From Candidatus Collierbacteria bacterium GW2011_GWC2_44_18 (GTDB lineage Bacteria > Patescibacteriota > Microgenomatia > UBA1400 > MFAQ01): 52,915 nucleotides of DNA. A program made the translations under genes and the position numbers. Where the stretch lies: contig LCIE01000005.1 in NCBI GenBank assembly GCA_001000865.1, forward strand, positions 1-52,915. The letters are read 5' to 3'. Below the pieces are notes generated by a model, which was not told where the DNA came from, did no database searches, and worked only from the letters and a program-made list of their open reading frames with translations. Below, piece by piece: positions 1 to 10,342 of the stretch (the first letter of the stretch is position 1; the number at the start of each line of letters is the position of its first letter).

Positions 1-15
1 TAACCGAATACTTTC

Positions 16-43
16 ATTAAACCAAATATTACCCGAATGTCAA
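16..43 (-). promoter_or_regulatory. Sigma70 promoter (TTGACA-16-TTTAAT) whose spacer is a TTCGG-N6-TTTGG direct-repeat operator; drives a gene beyond the left edge
   Basis: Minus strand reads TTGACA TTCGGGTAATATTTGG TTTAAT. The same 18-bp core recurs at 40052-40069. Confidence 0.65.
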
Positions 44-64
44 GCCACACACCCCTCGCTGGAT

Positions 65-87
65 GCCTGCCCGCCCGTGGAGGGGGA
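65..87 (+). repeat. ~20-bp CCTGC-CCGCC-N3-GGAGG micro-palindromic element
   Basis: GCCTGCCCGCCCGTGGAGGGGG nearly matches the reverse complement of 41859-41880. It follows CTGGAT, as does the 36844 copy. Confidence 0.55.
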
Positions 88-172
88 CCATTTTCGAACC
101 ATTTTCATTAGGTTCTATCCTTTGATGCGGTCGACGGAGATGGTGCACTCCCCTATCAGGGCGGCGACTGCC

Positions 173-211
173 TGGATTGCCACACCCGCCGCGCGGTGGG
201 TTCGCAATGAC
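173..211 (-). repeat. GTCAT...ATCCA (dRS3/RPE-like) palindromic repeat
   Basis: TGGATTGCC-hairpin-TCGCAATGAC just downstream of ftsZ, with the same termini as the copies at 12868 and 36691. Confidence 0.8.
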
Positions 212-219
212 GAAGATGT

Positions 220-1380
220 TTAGAACTTGTTGCGAAGGAAGGTGGGTATGTCGAGATCGTCCTCGATACTGACCTCGTCATGCTGAAGTTTGTATTTACC
301 GGCAGGAGAACTCTTGGGAGGATCAACTATCTCTGAAGTTGAGTCTTGGGGTGCTGATGTGGATTCGGAAACGATCGGTTTAAAGTAAGTATTGGAAGGG
401 GCGGTAGAATTAAAGTGACGAATACTATCGAAGCCGGCGGCAATCACGGAAATTTGAATGTCCTCCCCTAGATCTTCTCTAATGGTAGTACCAAAAATGA
501 TATTAGCGTCCGGATCGGCAGATTGTGTGATGATAGAGGAAGCTTCATTAATTTCCGAAAGGGTCAGGTTCTCTCCTCCCGCGATGTTAAAGAGGATGCC
601 TTTGGCGCCATCTATACTTACCTCAAGTAATGGAGAACTAATGGCGGCATTGGCAGCAATAATAGCCCGTTTTTCTCCGGACGAACGACCAACCCCCATG
701 AGAGCGGAACCGGCGTTGGTCATGACCGATTTTACGTCTGCAAAATCAACGTTTACAAGCCCAGGAATAGTAATTAAGTCAGAGATACTTTGAACTCCTT
801 GTCCGAGAACCGAATCGGCCGTTTTGAAAGCATCCAGAAGAGTTTGATCCTTCTTGACCACGTCCATAAGTCTTTGGTTAGGAATGATTATCAGTGTATC
901 GACATTTTCCTTTAGCTTTTCAATCCCCTCTTCAGCCTGTACTCTGCGGCGAGCTCCCTCAAAAAGAAACGGCTTGGTCACGACCGCGACTGTAAGAGCC
1001 CCGATATCTTTTTTGGCGATTTCGGCGATAATCGGTGCGGCACCAGTACCGGTACCGCCACCTTCGCCGGCAGTGATAAAGATCATATCGGCTCCTGAGA
1101 GAACTTCCTTAATTTTTTCCCGGGATTCTTCTGCGGCCATTTGGCCCACCTCCGGATTTGACCCTGATCCAAGCCCTTTGGTGCTTTTTTCACCAATTTG
1201 TAATTTTATATCGGCATTACTAGCCAACAAAGCTTGCATGTCGGTATTTACAGCAATAAACTCAACGCCCTTGATTTTTCCGGAAGAGATCATAGAATTG
1301 ATGGCGTTATTGCCGCCTCCACCAACTCCAAGAACTTTGATCTTGGCAAAAGTATTTGTATCTGGTTTGACTAGACCCAC
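220..1380 (-). CDS. ftsZ: Cell division GTPase FtsZ
   Basis: [16 protein letters not shown] tubulin motif, NVDFADV, C-terminal DLDIPTFLR peptide. Confidence 0.99.
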   Translation of the reverse strand: MGLVKPDTNTFAKIKVLGVGGGGNNAINSMISSGKIKGVEFIAVNTDMQALLASNADIKLQIGEKSTKGLGSGSNPEVGQMAAEESREKIKEVLSGADMIFITAGEGGGTGTGAAPIIAEIAKKDIGALTVAVVTKPFLFEGARRRVQAEEGIEKLKENVDTLIIIPNQRLMDVVKKDQTLLDAFKTADSVLGQGVQSISDLITIPGLVNVDFADVKSVMTNAGSALMGVGRSSGEKRAIIAANAAISSPLLEVSIDGAKGILFNIAGGENLTLSEINEASSIITQSADPDANIIFGTTIREDLGEDIQISVIAAGFDSIRHFNSTAPSNTYFKPIVSESTSAPQDSTSEIVDPPKSSPAGKYKLQHDEVSIEDDLDIPTFLRNKF

Positions 1381-1381
1381 T

Positions 1382-2656
1382 TTATGGTAAGAAAGATTTT
1401 ATAAATTCAACCGCCTTCCCAACAAATTGTTTGCCGGGAATTCTCTTTATCATACCAGATAGCTTTATTCCACTAGAGGGAATTTCATCTTTTCTTTTGT
1501 AGCCGTAAAGAACCAATCCAACAACGACTGAGGAGATCGGGGTGGATATTTCTTCGACCATCCCGGATAAACCGTTTGGGGTTCCAATTTTGGCTGGTAG
1601 CTGCATAACTCTTCGACAACTTTCAGTACAATTAATAGTAAGAGAACCGCCACCGGTTAAAACAACACCGGCGGGTGTCTGACCTTCAAGCCCTGATTGT
1701 TTGAAAGTATTGTTCACCATGGAAAAAATTTCATTCAGGCGTGGCCTAATAATACCTTCACTGATAGTTTTGCGGGAAACTTTTTTGACGTCTTCGCTGA
1801 TACCGAGCTTCAGAAGATCTATTTCATCTGTGACTTTTTGTTCATCCTCGTCCCTTTCATGTTTTGGACGACTAACGAAATGTTTAATTTTTTCCGCACT
1901 GTCGACACTTATCTGTAGGCCGATGGCAATGTCGTCAGTAATTTTCTTGGCTCCAATAGGAAGTACCGATGAATAAACACACGATCCTTCAAGATAAATA
2001 CAGACGCTGGTAGTGCCGCCTCCGATATCCACCAGAATTACACCAAGCTCCTTGTCGGTTTCGGACAACACAGACTCTGCCGATGCTAATCCGGTGAAGA
2101 CCAGGCCAGAAACGTTGGCTCCTAGCTCACTGACACACCTGGTAACATTCTTGATTGAAGGCGAAAGACCGGTAATAAGGTGGGCCTCAGTTTCCAAACG
2201 AACACCGGACATACCCGTAGGGTCTTTAATACCTTTTTGACTATCAACAATAAACTCTATTGGTAACACGTGGATAATTTCTCGCGAACTGGGAAGGGAA
2301 ACGGCTCTGGCGGCTTCGATTACTCTAAAGACATCTTCTGAAGTAATTTCTTCTTCTGCCTCTCTAATCGCTACTAGGCCGTGAGAGTTCTGGGAAGCAA
2401 TCTGCTCCCCCGAAATTGAGACATAGGCTGCATCAACACCAATACCGGCCATTCGTTCGGCAGACTCGACACAATCGGTAATGGCACTGACACACTCTTC
2501 AATGTTGACTATTTGGCCTTTGCGAACTCCCTTACTGGGTACCGTAGCAACACCAACAACATTTATTTTTGAACTATCCTGCGATGGTACTGAGATCAAA
2601 CAAGTTATTTTGCTCGACCCTATATCTATTGCATTTATCCCCTGCATTTTTGCCAT
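1382..2656 (-). CDS. ftsA: Cell division protein FtsA
   Basis: [21 protein letters not shown] actin-like motifs; upstream of ftsZ. Confidence 0.98.
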   Translation of the reverse strand: MAKMQGINAIDIGSSKITCLISVPSQDSSKINVVGVATVPSKGVRKGQIVNIEECVSAITDCVESAERMAGIGVDAAYVSISGEQIASQNSHGLVAIREAEEEITSEDVFRVIEAARAVSLPSSREIIHVLPIEFIVDSQKGIKDPTGMSGVRLETEAHLITGLSPSIKNVTRCVSELGANVSGLVFTGLASAESVLSETDKELGVILVDIGGGTTSVCIYLEGSCVYSSVLPIGAKKITDDIAIGLQISVDSAEKIKHFVSRPKHERDEDEQKVTDEIDLLKLGISEDVKKVSRKTISEGIIRPRLNEIFSMVNNTFKQSGLEGQTPAGVVLTGGGSLTINCTESCRRVMQLPAKIGTPNGLSGMVEEISTPISSVVVGLVLYGYKRKDEIPSSGIKLSGMIKRIPGKQFVGKAVEFIKSFLP

Positions 2657-2657
2657 A

Positions 2658-3449
2658 TTATCTTATGATAGGGTTTTTAAATCGTAAATCAACCACTTTG
2701 GCATCTTTCTTAAGAGTAACAAGATAAGAGTAGGACTTAATTGCCTCACTTACTCGGCCCTCATCGAAAGGTACAGTAACAATAATATCAGGTTGGCCCG
2801 TCTGACTCAAGAAAACTCTCTGACCCAGGATGAGAATCGTCTTAACGTTAAGATATTTGTTTACTATTTTTATGAACCGATAAAGAGATCTGACCGTCTC
2901 TTCGTCCGGCTTTTTGGAAAGAATGTATTTTACCTTTGATTCATCCGTAGCCACCGGTGTCATACGACCATTATCCCATATACCAAAACTACTTGAGCTA
3001 GCGTTTTGGATATATGTCTCAAGTTCCTCTGAAGGTTTGGGCCAGTTGGCGGACTCGGTTGACCCAGGATCTGCATCCATTGAAATAATGGGTAAATCTT
3101 TAACTAGAAAAACCATCGTAAGGACAGGTGGATTGCCACCGTCCAAATTTACTTTGAGAGTGTTAAACATTTTAAAACCAATACCGACTTTTTCGGCCGA
3201 TAACAAATCGACCAGCTCTCTCGATAGCTGTTTTTGGTTCAAGAATAGAACGTTTGAACCGATTAATTTATCCAGTTTTTGGATTATTTCCGGCGGACAG
3301 AGTTCCCAATTGATTTGACACTCAGTTTTGTTGATAATGAAGAGACTGTTAGCTAGAAAAAGAAACAATATAAATAATAAGAGTGGGAGGAGGCTCTTGA
3401 AACGTTTAGATCGATTGACGGATGATTTGGGCAATTTTGTCAGCAGCAT
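2658..3449 (-). CDS. ftsQ: FtsQ/DivIB-like bitopic membrane protein
   Basis: N-terminal TM helix, C-terminal VDLRFKNPIIR motif, position between murG and ftsA. Confidence 0.7.
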   Translation of the reverse strand: MLLTKLPKSSVNRSKRFKSLLPLLLFILFLFLANSLFIINKTECQINWELCPPEIIQKLDKLIGSNVLFLNQKQLSRELVDLLSAEKVGIGFKMFNTLKVNLDGGNPPVLTMVFLVKDLPIISMDADPGSTESANWPKPSEELETYIQNASSSSFGIWDNGRMTPVATDESKVKYILSKKPDEETVRSLYRFIKIVNKYLNVKTILILGQRVFLSQTGQPDIIVTVPFDEGRVSEAIKSYSYLVTLKKDAKVVDLRFKNPIIR

Positions 3450-4476
3450 TGGTTACTAGTTTGACGGAAGCTTTTTTTACAGGCTTCTTAGATAATTCTA
3501 TGATAGCTTGATATAAACTGTCCGGAGTCAAATCCTTTTCCTCTAAGATTGAGCTGCCAATCTCCTTAGCGGCCAATTGGGCGTTGAGATACTGCTCGTT
3601 GTGAGAAACCCAAGATATTGGTATCAGGACCGCCTTTTTGCCAAGCACCATCAGCTCGTAGACGGTATGCGCCCCCGACCTACTAACGATGATCGAAGCA
3701 GAACGAATGTAAGTAGCCGCCTCTTCCGCAAAGAAATAGGGCGCATAAATATAACGATTCTTATATTCTCCGAGTTTTTCTTTGGTTCGTCTAGCCCGTT
3801 CCAAATCTTTGGTCAAAGTGCTTGAACCTGTCTGATGAATCACGGTGAACCTTTCTACCAATTTGGAAACTATCGGGAAAATTGCTTGGTTGATGAGATG
3901 AGATCCTTGTTTGCCACATGTTATATAAATTAATTTGGGGTCAAATTTTTTAGAGTATTTATTATTAAGTAATGCCTTCCTAATGGGCAAGCCGACCACC
4001 TCTGATTTACCTTCAGGGAAATTAGGAAGAGAAGAAGTATGTGTCAGAAGAATTTTACTTACAAAAGGGGTGATGGCTTTGTTTGCCCAACCTGAGATTA
4101 CGGTTTGTTCGTGAGTGATGGAAGGTATTCGGAGAAGCCAGCCTACGATAACTACCGGTACCGAAAGATAGCCGCCGGAAGAAAATATCAGGGCAGGCCG
4201 ATAGCTAAGGAGATAAACAAGGGACTGGAGGAAACCAAAAACTATTTTTAGCCACTCCGTGATATCAATTTTTTTGTAAAACTTACCGGTTTTTAGTTCT
4301 AAGAACTTAATACCGGTGCCGGTAATTTCCTGATATTCGGCAGACAAACTTTTTTCACCACGAGCGGTAAATTTGTGTCCGATCCAGATAATTCTAAAAC
4401 CGTCTTTTTTAAGAATCTTGGCCACTTCAAGTGCACTATTATGATGACCTCCGGTAAAAATAATAAGTGGCTTCAT
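3406..4476 (-). CDS. murG: MurG GT28 GlcNAc transferase
   Basis: TGGHH, HEQ, GLPIR, GKQGS, SRSGA, EQYLNA motifs. Confidence 0.95.
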   Translation of the reverse strand: MKPLIIFTGGHHNSALEVAKILKKDGFRIIWIGHKFTARGEKSLSAEYQEITGTGIKFLELKTGKFYKKIDITEWLKIVFGFLQSLVYLLSYRPALIFSSGGYLSVPVVIVGWLLRIPSITHEQTVISGWANKAITPFVSKILLTHTSSLPNFPEGKSEVVGLPIRKALLNNKYSKKFDPKLIYITCGKQGSHLINQAIFPIVSKLVERFTVIHQTGSSTLTKDLERARRTKEKLGEYKNRYIYAPYFFAEEAATYIRSASIIVSRSGAHTVYELMVLGKKAVLIPISWVSHNEQYLNAQLAAKEIGSSILEEKDLTPDSLYQAIIELSKKPVKKASVKLVTNAADKIAQIIRQSI

Positions 4477-5546
4477 AACCTTTTGGATAAATTAATTAAT
4501 ACACCGAGAGCAATAAAATTGGTTACCAAGGATGATCCGCCATAGGATATCAACGGGAGAGGTATGCCCGTTAGAGGGGTTAAGGCCACCATAGAGCTTA
4601 AATTTACAAATATTTGTAATAAAAATAAGAGAGAGATAGCGCTGCCAAGTAGTTTATCAAACTTATCACCCGCAGACAAAGAAACCTTGAAAGATGCCAA
4701 CGTTAAGCCCACTAGAACGATTATAAACAAAGTACTTCCTATGAACCCAAATTCTTCAGCAATGATAACAAAGATAGAATCGGTGGTTGCCTCCGGAAGG
4801 TAGGCATATTTCTGGCGAGATCGGCCGAGCCCAACTCCGCTCATACCGCCTGAACCAAGACCATAAAGAACTTGGTTGATGTGATAAGAAGAGCCTAAAG
4901 GGTCACTGGTGGGATCCATAAAAGTCTTAACCCGAGTTAAACGATAAGGAGAGGATAAGATAAGCAAAGAGATGGCAGCCAGGAGAATCGCACTAAATAA
5001 TAAAATCTCCTTCAGCTTGGCGCCGGAAAGGTAATAGGTCAGGAATGATACCCCAATAATGATAATGGAGGTACCCAAATCAGGCTGTAGCATAATCAGA
5101 AGTGAGTTAAGACCAACAAGAAGAAGAAACTGCTTGATATTCCTATCCACTTCTAGCCATTTGGCGAGATAGATAGCAAAAGAAATTTTCAGAAGTTCAG
5201 ATGGTTGTAGAATTGCCGGGCCGAGTACTAGCCATCTTCTGGCGCCCATAAATTTTGAACCAATTCCAGGGATCAGGACCAGAACCATTAATAAAAGAGT
5301 AACTCCATACAAGAGATGGGCGTTCTTTTTGATCCAGGGTATCGGTATATTAGAAGTGATCAACGCAGCAATGATTCCAACAATTAACCAAAGTGCTTGC
5401 TGCTTAACGTAATGAAATTTATCGCCAAAAGTGCGATATGCATCTATTACGGAGGCATCATATATTGCCAACAATCCAAAACAGGCAACGATGATGCCTG
5501 TAAAAAGAATTGCCAAAGGCAGCCTGTTTTTTGAATCTTTTCTCAT
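4473..5546 (-). CDS. ftsW: FtsW SEDS peptidoglycan polymerase (start moved to MRKDSK)
   Basis: GARRW, QPSELLK, QPDLGT, LPEATTDSIF, LPLISYGGSS. ATG 5546 lies 2 nt after the mraY stop. Confidence 0.95.
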   Translation of the reverse strand: MRKDSKNRLPLAILFTGIIVACFGLLAIYDASVIDAYRTFGDKFHYVKQQALWLIVGIIAALITSNIPIPWIKKNAHLLYGVTLLLMVLVLIPGIGSKFMGARRWLVLGPAILQPSELLKISFAIYLAKWLEVDRNIKQFLLLVGLNSLLIMLQPDLGTSIIIIGVSFLTYYLSGAKLKEILLFSAILLAAISLLILSSPYRLTRVKTFMDPTSDPLGSSYHINQVLYGLGSGGMSGVGLGRSRQKYAYLPEATTDSIFVIIAEEFGFIGSTLFIIVLVGLTLASFKVSLSAGDKFDKLLGSAISLLFLLQIFVNLSSMVALTPLTGIPLPLISYGGSSLVTNFIALGVLINLSKRL

Positions 5547-5548
5547 GG

Positions 5549-6574
5549 CTAAATAATGGATAACCAGATTCCAAATATAACGAGCATAATGCCGACCAAC
5601 CAGGCTCTTTGGACAATTTTTGGTTCCGACCAACCGATTTTGAGAAGCAAGTAATGTAGAGGGGCGATGGGAAATATCCGACGGTGAAAGAATTTAACCC
5701 AGAGGATTTGTAATAAACTACTAAAACCGTCAACCAAGAATGGCAATCCGACTATCATCAGGGCAACTACTTTGCCGGTGAGGAGTCCGACCATGGCAAA
5801 GGTGGCTCCAAAAGCCAGAGCCCCCACATCTCCCATAAAGAGACGCGCCGGGAATACATTAAAATACAGAAAAGCGATTAACCCACCGAGCCAAAGAGCA
5901 ATAAAGATGGAAAGTGGGGTATCTAATATGGAAGTCGACAGTATTAAAAAACCAAAAAGAGAGATCATGAGGAGGCCAGATGCCAGACCGTCCATGCCAT
6001 CGGTAATATTGACCGCGTTCGCAAAGGCTACAATCAAAAAAGCGGAGGTGGGAATAAACCACAAACCAAAATGAATAACCCCAAAAAAGGGTATATGAAT
6101 GATGTCTATACCCAAATTAATAAACATCATGGCACCGATAATGAGACCAAGAACACCCTGAATTAAAAATTTATAGCTTGTTTTTAGTCCGGTATAACCC
6201 TCTTGTCTATCCAGTTCAAAAAATTTGATAATATCGTCGTATAGGCCGAGTAGACCGAAGGAAACGAAGGTAAAGAAAATGATGTTTATCTCGTCGTTGA
6301 TGGGATAAACATGAGTGATCTCAAAACCAAGTCTTCGAAGTAAAGGTAGGGTAAAAGCAAAGATAAAACTGGTTACTACCAGGATGAGGAGACCACCTCC
6401 TTCAGGTGTTCTAGCCTTGGATCTGATATGAACCGAGGCTTCGTCGGTTTTTTCTTCAGCTACAGCGGTGTGATTTTTGAAAAATTTTAGGTTATAGAGG
6501 AAATTTACAAAAGGAACAATCAGAAAGGCGTGAATGATAAACGAAGTAATTAGCACTCCAAGTAAGATATCCAT
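5549..6574 (-). CDS. mraY: Phospho-N-acetylmuramoyl-pentapeptide transferase MraY (or MraY-family paralog)
   Basis: TPEGGG, GLYDD, NAVNITDGMDGLA, FMGDVG, APLHY motifs. Confidence 0.93.
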   Translation of the reverse strand: MDILLGVLITSFIIHAFLIVPFVNFLYNLKFFKNHTAVAEEKTDEASVHIRSKARTPEGGGLLILVVTSFIFAFTLPLLRRLGFEITHVYPINDEINIIFFTFVSFGLLGLYDDIIKFFELDRQEGYTGLKTSYKFLIQGVLGLIIGAMMFINLGIDIIHIPFFGVIHFGLWFIPTSAFLIVAFANAVNITDGMDGLASGLLMISLFGFLILSTSILDTPLSIFIALWLGGLIAFLYFNVFPARLFMGDVGALAFGATFAMVGLLTGKVVALMIVGLPFLVDGFSSLLQILWVKFFHRRIFPIAPLHYLLLKIGWSEPKIVQRAWLVGIMLVIFGIWLSII

Positions 6575-6576
6575 AT

Positions 6577-6945
6577 TTACAACGCGCTAATTATCTTTGG
6601 TATAAAAATTAGCGATCCGACAATTAAGGCCATTGCGGCAGAAACCAAAACCAATCCTGCCGAGACATCTTTGGCAATACGGGCATCCTCCCTACGTTCC
6701 AGAGTAATGAGATCGACCATGGATTCGATGGAGGTATTGACCATTTCCGCCACCAGAACCATATTGACAGTGAAAACCAGGGTCAACCACTCGAAATAAG
6801 AGATCGAAAAATAGATTCCAAGAAGGACGGCACAAATAGTAGCCAAGAGATGGAAACGAAAGTTAGGCTGAGTTTTGACGTTATGAACAAAACCGTCAAT
6901 GGCGTGCGCGAAGGAGACCTTGTGGGCTCTAATTCTACTAAACAT
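6577..6945 (-). CDS. dgkA: Prokaryotic DgkA family kinase (diacylglycerol/undecaprenol kinase)
   Basis: EMVNTSIESMVD and IAKDVSAG motifs; three TM segments. Confidence 0.9.
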   Translation of the reverse strand: MFSRIRAHKVSFAHAIDGFVHNVKTQPNFRFHLLATICAVLLGIYFSISYFEWLTLVFTVNMVLVAEMVNTSIESMVDLITLERREDARIAKDVSAGLVLVSAAMALIVGSLIFIPKIISAL

Positions 6946-6972
6946 TAAATCTATTTTAATCTTTTTGGCGTT

Positions 6973-8646
6973 TTATAGCAAAAGTTGTTTGGCAATGCCA
7001 AACCAGAGCGGTGCCGCGGTTTCCGAACCCCACTGCGAGGTTTGAGGCTCTCTTAGAGAAACCAGCATGGTGTAGCGGGGATTCTGGGCCGGGAAAAACC
7101 CGATAAAACTGGCGATTGTTTTTTGGGGATCATAATGGCCTTCAATGGGAATTTGTGCTGTGCCTGTTTTCCCGGCCACGGACATACCCACTGGCTTAGC
7201 CCATTTGGCCTCTCCAGTGTCGACAGCCGTCACCATTATTTGAGTAATTTGAGAAACGGCTTCGGGTCCTAGGACCTCCCATGTGACAGGAGTACTCCCA
7301 TCAATTAGTGTGGGGCTAATATATTTGCCGTTGTTCGCGATCGTATTTAGAGCCGTGATCATTTGTATCGGAGTGATTGCTATTCCTTGGCCGAAGGAGT
7401 TGGTGGCCAAATCAATATCTCCATATTCTTTTCCATCGCGGATGGTTCCGGCGACCTCTTCCTGAATTTCAATACCGGTTTTACTACCAAACCCGTATTT
7501 CTTGAGATAATTGGAAAATTTGTCCGGCCCTAATTTGCGGGCGGCGAAAACCATCCCGGTATTATCGGAGTGAACAATAACGTTGGTCATATTTAACAAT
7601 GGATAGTATTTTTCATCCCATGTCTTGATGGAGTACTTACCGATGATGATTGGACCTGAACAGATGTCGCATTGAGTTTCCGGAGTAACAGTTTTTTCAT
7701 TTAGAGCCGCGGCCATAACTAGCGGCTTAAAGATGGATCCCGGCTCAAAGAGATCAGAGGTCATAGGATTTTTATAAACGCTTTTGCTGAAATCGGAAAA
7801 TTTTCCTGGATCGTAATTGGGATAGGCTGCCATAGCCCGAACTTTGCCGGTACTGACTTCCATGACGATTACGTTACCCGCTGATGCACCATAGCGGGCC
7901 AAACCTTCTTTTAACATATTTTCGACAAGGTATTGAACTTTTTTGTCGACGGTTGTGTTGATGGACTTACCTTCGACCGCATGAAGAAATTGATAGTTAC
8001 CAATCAGAATAGGGTTTCCTTCTCCATCCTTTTCGGTACGGATCTTCCCTTCGCGACCCTTGAGAAGCCTGTCAAAATAACCTTCGATGCCAAAATATCC
8101 CTGCTCTTGGCCAGCGGCATCCTGACCTACAAAGCCCAATATTTGAGCGGCCATACTGGACTCTGGATAAAAACGAACATATTCGTCTTCGAACCCTAGC
8201 CCGGCGATTTTATTACTTTCAATTTTTTCTTTTTCTTCGGCACTTAAATAGTGTTTGAGAGATACCCATTTTGAACTGAGGGATAAACGATCATGTAAAT
8301 ATTTCCGCAGATCACCTTCGGTACTGGCTTCTTGGTCTGGAGTGAGTGAAGAGAGTAACTGTTCGATTAAATCATTATCTGGGATAACAAGTTGAGGCTT
8401 GTAAATAAATAAGTGATAAAGATTTTTGGTGCCAGCCAATATGCCACCATCAGAGTCTAGAATGTTCCCCCTCTTCGCTTTTAGAATTGTGACCATTTGA
8501 TGCTGACGGTCGGACATTGCTTGAAGTTCTGGTCCGCGAAGAATCATCCAGTAAAACAAACGGGTTATAAGAATAAAAAAAACAATAGGAATTAGTAAGG
8601 TAATAACCCGAAGACGGTTATGCGTTGTCCCTAATTTATTTAACAT
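6973..8646 (-). CDS. ftsI: Class B penicillin-binding protein FtsI/PBP3
   Basis: RGNILD, EPGSIFKP (SxxK), SDN (SxN), GKTGTAQ (KTG). Confidence 0.93.
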   Translation of the reverse strand: MLNKLGTTHNRLRVITLLIPIVFFILITRLFYWMILRGPELQAMSDRQHQMVTILKAKRGNILDSDGGILAGTKNLYHLFIYKPQLVIPDNDLIEQLLSSLTPDQEASTEGDLRKYLHDRLSLSSKWVSLKHYLSAEEKEKIESNKIAGLGFEDEYVRFYPESSMAAQILGFVGQDAAGQEQGYFGIEGYFDRLLKGREGKIRTEKDGEGNPILIGNYQFLHAVEGKSINTTVDKKVQYLVENMLKEGLARYGASAGNVIVMEVSTGKVRAMAAYPNYDPGKFSDFSKSVYKNPMTSDLFEPGSIFKPLVMAAALNEKTVTPETQCDICSGPIIIGKYSIKTWDEKYYPLLNMTNVIVHSDNTGMVFAARKLGPDKFSNYLKKYGFGSKTGIEIQEEVAGTIRDGKEYGDIDLATNSFGQGIAITPIQMITALNTIANNGKYISPTLIDGSTPVTWEVLGPEAVSQITQIMVTAVDTGEAKWAKPVGMSVAGKTGTAQIPIEGHYDPQKTIASFIGFFPAQNPRYTMLVSLREPQTSQWGSETAAPLWFGIAKQLLL

Positions 8647-8649
8647 GAA

Positions 8650-8958
8650 TTATCTGGAGGCAAAAGTAGAAGTGGCAGGAACAAAAACAATACTTTTTGA
8701 CCTAATAAATCCACGATCTTCAGCCTGCCTTTCGAGACTAGAGAGAGTGGTGGATTCCTCTATCATAACAGATAGTTTTTGATTCTCTTTTTCCAATTTT
8801 AGCGTCTCGGTTTCTGATTCACTCACGGCAAAACCTTGGGTTGACAGGACGTTGGTACCGACGAGATTGATGGCGGCCAGGCCAAACAAGATGACGCCCG
8901 AAAAAATGAGGACTGTTTTATAACTAAATAATTTTTTTTGCGAATCGTAGTTTGGCAC
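8650..8958 (-). CDS. ftsL: FtsL-like small bitopic coiled-coil protein
   Basis: Single TM helix plus heptad segment, located between rsmH and ftsI. Confidence 0.65.
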   Translation of the reverse strand: MPNYDSQKKLFSYKTVLIFSGVILFGLAAINLVGTNVLSTQGFAVSESETETLKLEKENQKLSVMIEESTTLSSLERQAEDRGFIRSKSIVFVPATSTFASR

Positions 8959-9880
8959 TTCTGGTACGTTGACTGATTGTTAATTCTTCAATCGAGGGTT
9001 CGATTGGTTTTTGGTTAATAGCGCTGAGAATTCCTTTGTTTTCGAAATCGATAATAAAATTTTTGACAAGTCTGTCTTCCCCAGAATGAAAGCTGATGAT
9101 CCCCATTAGGCCGCTGGTTTTGAGTAAATTCGGAAGCTGAGGTAGGAGCAAGTGGATATTTTCTCTTTCTAGGTTGACGGCCATGCGGAGAGCCATAAAG
9201 ACTTTGGTGGCGGGGTGAATACGTCCATGCCTACCGGCAGGTAAACCTTCTGTCCGAAACTTTTTGATCCGAGTAATTAGATCACTAAGCTGTTTGGTAG
9301 TGGTGATGGGAGCAATTTGTCTTTGTTTGGCAATGATGCGGGCAATGGGCTTGGCAAAGGGTTCATCCGCCATGGAGAAAAGTTTGACCAGTTCTCCTTC
9401 ATTCAGGACTGCTAGGAGGTCAGCGGCGGTCACCCCAAGGGTTTGATCCAGTCTCATGTCAAGTAGTTCGTTCCCTGAAAAGCTAAAACCTCGACCCTCT
9501 GAAAGAAGCTGAAACTGAGAAGGGCCTAGGTCCACCATAACGCCGTCAAAATCCGGTAAAGAAAGTCTTTTGCTGACTTCGGTAACTTTGGTGAAATTAC
9601 TCTGGATGATTATCCAGACAAAATCTTTGGGAACTCGAGTGTTTTCGTCCTTACTGTCGATAATAAGGGGCTGAAAATCCTTGATATAATCGGTGGCTCG
9701 TTTGATAGCCTTTTCGTCAACGTCAAATGAAACAACATGGCAACCGGACTCCAATGCCTCCTGCGTGTGGCCGCCATCTCCCAATGTCAGATCAAGGAAA
9801 AGATAGCCGGGTTTGAATCCATAAAGATGCTTAAGTTCGCCTTTATATGCTGGAAAATGACGCTCAATTATGTGTGTCAT
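8924..9880 (-). CDS. rsmH: 16S rRNA m4C1402 methyltransferase RsmH, with an in-frame LPAGRH insertion
   Basis: DLTLGDGGH, DLGPS, RGFSF, LDMRLD, IHPATKVFMALR, ISFHSGEDR, RSAKLR. Confidence 0.97.
   Translation of the reverse strand: MTHIIERHFPAYKGELKHLYGFKPGYLFLDLTLGDGGHTQEALESGCHVVSFDVDEKAIKRATDYIKDFQPLIIDSKDENTRVPKDFVWIIIQSNFTKVTEVSKRLSLPDFDGVMVDLGPSQFQLLSEGRGFSFSGNELLDMRLDQTLGVTAADLLAVLNEGELVKLFSMADEPFAKPIARIIAKQRQIAPITTTKQLSDLITRIKKFRTEGLPAGRHGRIHPATKVFMALRMAVNLERENIHLLLPQLPNLLKTSGLMGIISFHSGEDRLVKNFIIDFENKGILSAINQKPIEPSIEELTISQRTRSAKLRFAKKII
9225..9246. repeat. Degenerate micro-palindrome inside rsmH
   Basis: CCATGCCTACCGGCAGGTAAAC versus the perfect CCCTGCCTGCCGGCAGGCAGGG at 36844. Confidence 0.7.
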
Positions 9881-10305
9881 ATTGCTAGCGAGGCGAGGGC
9901 GTCTCCGTCACTAATTGTTTGCGCTATTAAGTCAAGGTGCTGATGGTATAGCTCTTGGTCCCAGATTTCAATTCTGGTCAGAGACCCGGCGACGACCACC
10001 TGCTTTTTTAGATTGGCTTGATTCCTTAGATATTCCGGTATGAGAGTTCTTCCTTGTCCGTCCAAGTCGAGATTGACGGCTGATTGCACTAAGAGACGTG
10101 TCAAATTTCGGGCCGCCGGATTGGTCAATGGTAGGGAGGCCAGCTTTTCGGAGAACTTCTGCCAATATGAGCTGGGGAAAAGAAATAGACATCCATCCAG
10201 CCCCGAAGTGATGACTCCACCGGATGCCAGTCCTTCTCTGAAGGCCTGTGGAATAGCCAAACGCCCTTTGGCTTCCAGTCGATGGTAGTAGAGTCCAGTA
10301 AACAT
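9877..10305 (-). CDS. mraZ: Transcriptional regulator MraZ
   Basis: MFTG..KGRLAIP, LDGQGRTLIP, RIEIWD; first gene of the dcw cluster. Confidence 0.97.
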   Translation of the reverse strand: MFTGLYYHRLEAKGRLAIPQAFREGLASGGVITSGLDGCLFLFPSSYWQKFSEKLASLPLTNPAARNLTRLLVQSAVNLDLDGQGRTLIPEYLRNQANLKKQVVVAGSLTRIEIWDQELYHQHLDLIAQTISDGDALASLAI

Positions 10306-10342
10306 AATTCATAGGCAGGCTCAGTGGTATTTATAGGTTACT

